From: a virus
Lineage: Duplodnaviria; Caudoviricetes
Virus record (IMG/VR): IMGVR_UViG_3300005573_001133
Span: 1-53,181 of that record
Length of the DNA stretch: 53,181 bases
Strand: one strand, 5' to 3'
The notes beneath the pieces are model-generated. The model was not told the origin of the DNA, searched no databases, and saw only the letters and a list, made by a program, of their open reading frames with translations. The first letter of the stretch is position 1. Every line of letters starts with the position of its first letter. Positions 47,197 to 53,181 of the stretch are shown here, piece after piece. A program made the translations under genes and the position numbers.

Positions 47197-48025
47197 GAAG
47201 TATGAAGGCTATATGATTGCAAAAACAACTATTCATCACGGTGGCAATGAAAAAACAGGAAGCACACCGATTTTGCGTTCAATTTTTATGTTCGTGGATG
47301 GACTTGGGGAAGTGCAGATTCCTTATATTAACGGCAATGCTATTCGAGGAAAACTTCGCAGAATGCTTATGAAGGATTTCTTTACGAATTTGGATTACAA
47401 TGTTGAGGAACTCAATCCGAAGCTGTATCACGTGTTTTTCAGTGGTGGTGCTTTGGAAAGCACAGAAGCGACTGTGGGAGTTATTGATTTAGAATTGCGT
47501 CGCAAGATTCGGAAAATGTTCCCACCACTTGCTTTAATGGGTGGGGCTATTGGGAATCAAATGATACAGGGGAAACTAAAAGTAGGACACGCTTTTCCAG
47601 TTTGCCGTGAATATTCAGATTTCTTGCCTGAATTTTTGCGAAGCGACCCCAGGGCAAATAAATTCGTTCGAAGCTTTACTGACGAAGCATTTAATACTCG
47701 TCGAGATGATTTACGAGCTGATAGAGAAGAAGATGAACAAGCTGTGCAAATGAAGGTTGATTTTGAATGTTTTATACCTGGAACAAAGTTCTTTCATTGG
47801 TTTGTCACCGAATATACAAATGAGTTAGAAGATGCAACATTCGGGCGTATGATGGAGTTATTCCGTCAATCTCCTTATGTTGGCGGAATGGCTTCGGTAG
47901 GTTCCGGGGAAGTATTCTTTGAATATTCGCCCAACTTTCCGTCCTCGGAAAAATATTTTACTTTCATTGATGAGAACAAACAAGGGATTTTAGAATTATT
48001 ACAAGAAGTCGGGTCACGACTATGA
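47189..48025 (+). CDS. csf2: Type IV Csf2 (Cas7 backbone RAMP)
   Basis: IHHG, IPYINGNAIRGKLRR, FSGGAL, P.LALMGG, GKLKVG, TRRDD, QM..E..IPGT and VGGMASVGSGEV G-loop motifs. Confidence 0.9.
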   Translation: MIKKYEGYMIAKTTIHHGGNEKTGSTPILRSIFMFVDGLGEVQIPYINGNAIRGKLRRMLMKDFFTNLDYNVEELNPKLYHVFFSGGALESTEATVGVIDLELRRKIRKMFPPLALMGGAIGNQMIQGKLKVGHAFPVCREYSDFLPEFLRSDPRANKFVRSFTDEAFNTRRDDLRADREEDEQAVQMKVDFECFIPGTKFFHWFVTEYTNELEDATFGRMMELFRQSPYVGGMASVGSGEVFFEYSPNFPSSEKYFTFIDENKQGILELLQEVGSRL

Positions 48026-48789
48026 GTGAAGAGAAAGAATATCTTTATTTTGCTGATAAAATTCTCAATGGAGTTTCTGAAAGGTGGGGAAAGAAATGGA
48101 ATTATGAGCCGTTAGAAGTTAGAATATATCTCGCAACGCCTTTGGTTTTAAACCATCCTTGGGTGCATCTTGATGGTGTTCTTTCCCACCTTGCACTTCG
48201 CAAAGCATTGAGTCAAGATTACTATCTTTTGCCTGCGAAATATCCAATATCGAAAATCACCAAAGGATTAGAACTTCCCAATTTCCCGATTCGCTATGCT
48301 GGGGCAATTCCACAAGCCTCAATTTCATTCTTTGAGAATGTAAAGCCTCGAACCGAAGTAGTTTATAAGAAATTAGAAGATAGGTGGCTGGGAATCGTAA
48401 AAAAACTATATCACGGTTCAGGGTATTTCAAAGATTACGCAATGAAGCATATTTATATACCTACCCCACTAGTAAAATTCTATGTAGTTGGAGATAAAGA
48501 AGGATTATTAGAGATACTTTCCGAGCTGGTTTCACTTGGAGATAATTCCCGTTTAGGCTGGGGCTATATCAGCAGAATCGGGATAACTACAATTAATGAA
48601 GACAAGAGCATAGTTCACGAAGGGAAAGCGATGCGTCCCATACCTGTGAGATTTTGCAAAAGTTGGGCTGACTCTTTTCTTCTTGCTTGGCGTCCGCCCT
48701 ATTGGTCAACCGATATGGTAGAAGAATGTGTTCCACCGGGTTCAGAAGTTGAGCTTTTACCAGAAACTATCGAAAAGATGAGGTTATGA
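48022..48789 (+). CDS. csf3: Type IV Csf3 (Cas5-like RAMP)
   Basis: L.TP..HLDGVL, SGYFKDY, FYVVGD, LGDNSRLGWG G-loop, MRPIP and RPPYW motifs. Confidence 0.87.
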   Translation: MSEEKEYLYFADKILNGVSERWGKKWNYEPLEVRIYLATPLVLNHPWVHLDGVLSHLALRKALSQDYYLLPAKYPISKITKGLELPNFPIRYAGAIPQASISFFENVKPRTEVVYKKLEDRWLGIVKKLYHGSGYFKDYAMKHIYIPTPLVKFYVVGDKEGLLEILSELVSLGDNSRLGWGYISRIGITTINEDKSIVHEGKAMRPIPVRFCKSWADSFLLAWRPPYWSTDMVEECVPPGSEVELLPETIEKMRL

Positions 48790-49490
48790 ACAAACGCTGG
48801 CGTGAAACATTTTCCTTGTGGGGTCAAAGTGAGGAATTCACTCAGAAAGTTGCTGAGGCAAAACAAATAATTAAAGATGCGTTGAATGATTTTCAAAAGC
48901 CATATTGCTCATTTTCGGGCGGGAAAGATAGTCTCGTGATGACTCATCTTGTTTGGCAAATAAAGCCAGACATTGAAGTAATAACATTGGACTATTCGAG
49001 GAACTTTTTGCCGTTGCGATATCTTATAGAAATTAAAGATATTGCTAAAAAATTAGGATGGAATCATCGAGTAATTCGCAGCCGAATTTTAGAAAAAGAT
49101 GAAAATGACGGGATACCTCGAATGATGCAAGTTTTGAACCGAGAAGTTACACCATATTTATTGCGTGAAGGTTTTGACCTTGCCTTTGTTGGAATAAGGA
49201 AAGAAGAGTCATCGGCAAGGAAACATCGAATTGAGGGGCATAGTAATCTTACAAAAATACCCGAAGTGCATCCGGTTGCTAATTTTACTTGGATGGATAT
49301 TTGGGCTTATATTATTTCACGAGATTTGCCATATATGAGGTTTTACGATATCTATGGAAAAGTTGTAGGTTGGGAAAACGTAAGATTTTCCACCTTTTTT
49401 GATAAGGAGCTTGAAAGTTTAGGTGGTTCTAATCTTGATGGGTATTTTTCTTATAGGTATCGTTACAAGTCTCCGCAAAAGCGAGACTAG
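48786..49490 (+). CDS. cysH: CysH-like PAPS-reductase family protein (type IV-B accessory)
   Basis: SFSGGKDS PP-loop, FVGIRKEES..R, HPVANFTWMDIWAYI motifs. Confidence 0.9.
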   Translation: MNKRWRETFSLWGQSEEFTQKVAEAKQIIKDALNDFQKPYCSFSGGKDSLVMTHLVWQIKPDIEVITLDYSRNFLPLRYLIEIKDIAKKLGWNHRVIRSRILEKDENDGIPRMMQVLNREVTPYLLREGFDLAFVGIRKEESSARKHRIEGHSNLTKIPEVHPVANFTWMDIWAYIISRDLPYMRFYDIYGKVVGWENVRFSTFFDKELESLGGSNLDGYFSYRYRYKSPQKRD

Positions 49491-49509
49491 GAATATTTTG
49501 AGTATTATT

Positions 49510-49971
49510 TCACTTTCTAAAATATCTTTTTCTGTTTATAACTTTTGCGCAAAAGGCTTCCAACGAATCAGCCAAAAAATATCCATCGACCCAAACCTTT
49601 CGCAACAGCCTACCATAAACATCAAAATTGTTCTGGGTATAATCCTTGAAAAGTAAAACCTTCTTGTTTTCAATCTTATCTCTTACAAATCTCAAAGCCT
49701 GCCATCCCAAATAATATGCTTTATCAATGTCAATTCCCGCCTCATCAGCTTGCTTTTGCAATCGGTTATTCCTATGAATTTCAAAACAATCAATTCCTAC
49801 CAACCGTATCTTATACCGCTGGGAATCGTAATAAAACTCATAAGTATCTCCGTCAATAACCCGGGTTATAGTAACCCAACAAGAGTCATCGTAAACAGGA
49901 TTTTTTGTCTGAGCTTGTGCTACCCCTATTAAGGTTATAGAAAGAACAATAAGAGAAACAAACTTATTCAT
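49510..49971 (-). CDS. Secreted thermonuclease (SNase family)
   Basis: Signal peptide; RVIDGDT, IRLVGIDCFE and DVYGRLL motifs. Confidence 0.88.
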   Translation of the reverse strand: MNKFVSLIVLSITLIGVAQAQTKNPVYDDSCWVTITRVIDGDTYEFYYDSQRYKIRLVGIDCFEIHRNNRLQKQADEAGIDIDKAYYLGWQALRFVRDKIENKKVLLFKDYTQNNFDVYGRLLRKVWVDGYFLADSLEAFCAKVINRKRYFRK

Positions 49972-50022
49972 TTTATTTCCTCAAAATACTACAATATTCG
50001 AAATTATAAAAAAAAAATAAAA

Positions 50023-50059
50023 ATCCCCCTTGTGAAAATAAAAATTTCACAAGAGGGAT
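50023..50059 (-). terminator. Intrinsic terminator of the leftward operon
   Basis: ATCCCCCTTGTGAAA/TTTCACAAGAGGGAT stem followed by a T-rich run on the minus strand. Confidence 0.7.
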
Positions 50060-50075
50060 AAAAAAAAGTGTGATT

Positions 50076-50504
50076 TTAATCTTCCGGGAACAGTCGGTCC
50101 CGAAGGTATTTCTCAACAATATGTTCTACCATCTTGGTTATGCTGCGTTTCGAATCTTTGGCAAACGCTACAAGTTTTTCGTAGATGTCCGGTGGCAGTA
50201 ATATTTGCACTGCCTTCCGGTCATAATCTGCGATTACTCGGGCGGATGGGCAACCTTTCGTGAGAAGATGTCGAGCCCAATCCTCCCATCGATTTTGGTC
50301 TATTGGTGGAGTGTCGACGATGATTCCCCGGTCGTTGTCCCAAGGATAGATATTCCCGGCCTCGTCAATACACAGCCAACCGGGAATAATTTTTTCAGGG
50401 TCGTAGTCTTTTGCAACGCCGACCCAAGTGTTGTGTTCCGAGTCCCATTGCTCATAGCAGTAGGGCTCGGCGAGTTCTTCATTTTTCGTAACGATGAGTT
50501 TCAT
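50076..50504 (-). CDS. Unknown domain fused to a C-terminal ribbon-helix-helix
   Basis: KAVQILLPPDIYEKLVAFAKDSKRSITKMVEHIVEKYL RHH pattern; N-domain paralogous to 39600-39887. Confidence 0.7.
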   Translation of the reverse strand: MKLIVTKNEELAEPYCYEQWDSEHNTWVGVAKDYDPEKIIPGWLCIDEAGNIYPWDNDRGIIVDTPPIDQNRWEDWARHLLTKGCPSARVIADYDRKAVQILLPPDIYEKLVAFAKDSKRSITKMVEHIVEKYLRDRLFPED

Positions 50505-51331
50505 TGTTCCTCCCTATAGTCATAACAATGACAAACAAAATTTTTGAACATCGAACATCTTGAACAGGGTGAGGGGAATTTCCCCTCAAAAACAACAACG
50601 TTCGTTTCGCTTATGTTTTCCTCCCAGTTTTTTTTGGGGTCAGCATCCCAGGGGTTGAGCAGGGATACATCGTATCCCTCAATCCCTATCTTCGTTGGCT
50701 CGTCAAGGGTGATGGAGATTGTATCTTCTTCACCCTCGGTCACAAGAGAATACAGCACCAGGCTGTATCGCTCTTGCTCTTCATTAAGTTGCCCTTCGCA
50801 TGGGTAGTGGCAGTGGCATTCAATTTGAATGCCATTTCTTTCCATCTCGGCGGGAGAGAGTTCACGCCCGTGATAACGCTTTTTAATATGCTTGGCTCCC
50901 CAATCTTCTTCGAAGCCAAGCACCGCAAATAATTTCTTCTTCTTCTTCTCTTCTTCGAGGCTGGGGAAAATTCTCCAACCAGAGAAATGGAATTCTCTTA
51001 CCCCATCTTCTCTAATAATGCGTTCGTTAATTGGGAAAGCGAAGTTGAAAGACTTCTTGCTTTCCAAAAGCAACCGAGTCAACATATATGTTAGAGAGAA
51101 TTCACCCTCTAACATAATGTAAATATATGTCTCCTCTCCAATACCTATCTTTTCCAGCTCCGCTGTGATTTGCTGGAAAAGTTTTTGTGCGAGCAGATAG
51201 ACATCTGCTTGGGACAATTTTGAACCGACGCTGGGGAAGGGGATATCAACTATAATATCCCATCCCTCTTTTTGTTCGTCCTCCCATTCTCGGGAGGGGT
51301 GATTGCTGATGTTAAGAAGTAGCTTTTTCAT
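50501..51331 (-). CDS. Csx15/16/20-like (ring-nuclease-like) N-domain plus an unknown Cys/His-rich C-domain
   Basis: LLNISNHPS.EW..EQ, IVDIPFP, EGEFSLTY, ER and F.F..WR motifs. Confidence 0.6.
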   Translation of the reverse strand: MKKLLLNISNHPSREWEDEQKEGWDIIVDIPFPSVGSKLSQADVYLLAQKLFQQITAELEKIGIGEETYIYIMLEGEFSLTYMLTRLLLESKKSFNFAFPINERIIREDGVREFHFSGWRIFPSLEEEKKKKKLFAVLGFEEDWGAKHIKKRYHGRELSPAEMERNGIQIECHCHYPCEGQLNEEQERYSLVLYSLVTEGEEDTISITLDEPTKIGIEGYDVSLLNPWDADPKKNWEENISETNVVVFEGKFPSPCSRCSMFKNFVCHCYDYREEQ

Positions 51332-51391
51332 TTTTAAATTTCCTTTTGTTTAAGATAGAGAAATAAGAAAACAGCCCGTATATTCCCCTCA

Positions 51392-51697
51392 TCAAACCAA
51401 TTTTGTATTTGAGGAGACCACGAATCCATCGCTTTTGAATTCGATGCATCGTGGCCTGTTTTCTATGCGGGGGACATACCCCGTCACATACCAACGAAAC
51501 ACGAAGCGGGTTCCCGCTTCTTGTTGGTCACTCGATAGTGTAAAGGTCACATCGACCTTTTTTTCACTATCGCTCGGGGGGATTATCCCCCTCAATAGTT
51601 CTGCTACCGACTGGGTGCCGTATTCCCAGTCTTTTTCCATCTCGGCAATGAATTCGCCGAGTGTCATTTCTCTGTTTTCTGCTGCTAATGTTCTCAT
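51392..51697 (-). CDS. Hypothetical protein
   Basis: AGGAG RBS; in the leftward operon. Confidence 0.65.
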   Translation of the reverse strand: MRTLAAENREMTLGEFIAEMEKDWEYGTQSVAELLRGIIPPSDSEKKVDVTFTLSSDQQEAGTRFVFRWYVTGYVPRIENRPRCIEFKSDGFVVSSNTKLV

Positions 51698-51754
51698 TTC
51701 AGAACTCCTTTTTTTTGTTTAACAATATTCCAAACCTTGTTCTTGTGGATGGAA

Positions 51755-51774
51755 GGGGCGGGGGAACCCGCCCC
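51755..51774. terminator. GC-rich intergenic hairpin
   Basis: GGGGCGGG-ggaa-CCCGCCCC. Confidence 0.5.
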
Positions 51775-51780
51775 GTTCTT

Positions 51781-52269
51781 TTAGCATACCCCTTCTCGGT
51801 GCAACCATTTCCAGAGTCGTGTTCTCATAGCATCCCACGGGGTTTCAGCATCACCTACATCAATCTTCCAAAACTCATTAAGTCGGTCAGCATCGACCTC
51901 AATCGCATTGAGAAGCATCTCGTAGGCGTCGAGGGTGCTTTTCAAAACCTTTTGGCTTCGGGGCTTCACGGTCTCAAAAACCGTGTAAGCTTCTCCCCAC
52001 ATCGGGCTCAGGTTGAAAACATACCAGTATCGCCTCCCTCTTGCCTCCGTATACTCGGAACAAAGTTCTTTCCCTATCAGTCCAGTTCCTTCGGTATTCA
52101 CATACGTTTCACTGTTAATGGTTCCCGAAAACTTCATTCCTTCTCGCCTAACTGCTTCTGGGAAAATGTTTTCCCCGATTTCGTAGATGTGCACGAGCCC
52201 GAAAGCCTTCGCAAAGGCTCGGAAGACTTTCTCTTGTGCTGCTGTCAAGTTCATTGTTCTTTTTTCCAT
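51781..52269 (-). CDS. Hypothetical protein, first gene of the leftward operon
   Basis: GGAGG RBS before ATG 52269. Confidence 0.7.
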   Translation of the reverse strand: MEKRTMNLTAAQEKVFRAFAKAFGLVHIYEIGENIFPEAVRREGMKFSGTINSETYVNTEGTGLIGKELCSEYTEARGRRYWYVFNLSPMWGEAYTVFETVKPRSQKVLKSTLDAYEMLLNAIEVDADRLNEFWKIDVGDAETPWDAMRTRLWKWLHREGVC

Positions 52270-52294
52270 TTCAAACCTCCCTTTTTTAAAAAAA

Positions 52295-52540
52295 TTGTTT
52301 AACAAAATTCGTTAAAGAACTCAATACAAAATTATAACAAAAAAATTAAAAATCCAAATATTTTTTAAAAAATTTTTAGAAATTTTTAGAAATTTTTAGA
52401 AAAAGTTAGTTTTGTATCCTGAATGTTGCAAATAAGGGGGTGCTCATAACAAAAAGTATGCCAGAATTATTTCTAAATTTTTGAACAAAAAGTATGCCAA
52501 TTTGTATTGAATTTTATTTTCCCATTTGTATTTGGTATTT
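52295..52540. promoter_or_regulatory. Divergent control region
   Basis: TAATTTTG on the minus strand (52327-52334), AATTTTTAGA x3 (52371-52400), AACAAAAAGTATGCCA x2 (52448, 52484), TTTGTATTTGGTATT (52525). Confidence 0.6.
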
Positions 52541-52575
52541 ATCCCGCATCCTCACAATTTCGAAATGCACATTGG

Positions 52576-52884
52576 ATGCGAAGAATGGAACCAGCACAAT
52601 ACAATGTAGTAGTTCGGCGATATGTGGACCACGCAATTTCATTTGGGTTCCCTTATGATATTGCACCCTATACCTTTTATGCTTTTGTGCTGGATTTCGA
52701 GGGAAACATAAAACTTTCCTATTCAGTGCAAAAAGATATAGTTAACAACAAAGTGCAAATCCGGGCAAGCCGAAACGATTTTGCCAATATGGAGGTAGGG
52801 AAATATCGCTGGACATTTTTACAAGAAGACTCCGCAGGCTATCGAGTTGAGCTTGTAAATGGCATTTGGGAGTTACAGAAATGA
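52576..52884 (+). CDS. BppU-N-like virion protein (positional analog of 13288-13617)
   Basis: Same position and size; GKYRW..LVNG.W pattern. Confidence 0.55.
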   Translation: MRRMEPAQYNVVVRRYVDHAISFGFPYDIAPYTFYAFVLDFEGNIKLSYSVQKDIVNNKVQIRASRNDFANMEVGKYRWTFLQEDSAGYRVELVNGIWELQK

Positions 52885-53181
52885 TGATAATTGAAGAAAA
52901 AGTGCAGTTAAATGTTATAGATGAAAAAGTTGATTTAGCTTTTCAGTCCCAACCAATTGTTTTAAATGTTTCCCCCCTACTTGTTGGCGGGAATTATGGC
53001 GATATGTGGAAAACTCAATATGACTCCAACCTCGATGGCATTGTTGACAAAAGCGAAATCGTTGCAAGGTATTATGTATGTGGAGAGCAAATCAATAGTC
53101 TCAAAGTCGTTTTTGTCAGCAATGGCAAGATATACAAAGCGGATAGTTTGGACTGGTCAAGTATTGAAAAACTTGTTGGGA
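52881..53181 (+). CDS. Partial structural gene that continues into the sequence at 13885; N-terminus differs from the gene at 13608
   Basis: Hand translation MMIIEEKVQL...QYDSNLDGIVDKSEIVARYY is in frame with the repeat. Confidence 0.8.
   Translation, partial: MMIIEEKVQLNVIDEKVDLAFQSQPIVLNVSPLLVGGNYGDMWKTQYDSNLDGIVDKSEIVARYYVCGEQINSLKVVFVSNGKIYKADSLDWSSIEKLVG
53019..53181 (+). repeat. Copy 2 of the 163-bp repeat, at the window end
   Basis: Offset of 39297 from copy 1. Confidence 0.95.

Larger units (their letters stand above)
13764..53060. mobile_element. Phage B: apparently complete circular temperate siphovirus, about 39.3 kb
   Basis: Window end re-enters the sequence at 13764; one full set of lysis, head, tail, integrase, repressor and replication genes; intact attP-like site. 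Confidence 0.75.

Noticed and set aside
48786-49490. Sulfate-assimilation auxiliary gene or DndC phosphorothioation system
   Set aside because: Coupled to csf3, with no other cys or dnd genes present
51661-52302. 213-aa plus-strand ORF and similar antisense ORFs (e.g. 27006-27791, 29460-30041, 11709-12290)
   Set aside because: Shadow frames opposite genes with better RBS, motifs and operon context
52448-52499. Mini-CRISPR array
   Set aside because: Only two 16-bp repeats with a 20-bp gap; promoter or operator is more plausible

Overview
The window is entirely phage DNA and most likely joins two temperate tailed phages. Phage A (1-~13.7 kb, partial) has a ParB-MTase, a PBSX-type terminase, Mu-like portal/F/G/protease genes, lambda-like D and E capsid genes and a lysis cassette. 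Phage B (~13764-53060, about 39.3 kb) looks like a complete circular siphovirus, because the last 121 nt of the window repeat 13764-13884 exactly. Phage B carries lysis, head and tail modules, an intact attP-like site with a tyrosine integrase, a CI/Cro switch and a prim-pol/VirE replicon with iterons. Its accessory region is the main point of interest. It holds a nuclease-less IS110/Nop-domain protein (TasA-like) followed by a 12-unit, 36-nt TIGR-like guide array. About 660 bp downstream lies an array-less type IV-B CRISPR-Cas operon (csf1, cas11-like, csf2, csf3, cysH). Next come a secreted thermonuclease and a leftward operon with a ring-nuclease-like candidate anti-CRISPR. TAnnTTTG promoter motifs together with Shine-Dalgarno use suggest an Ignavibacteria/Chlorobi-like host (inference). 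All calls come from reading motifs by eye; no database searches were run.
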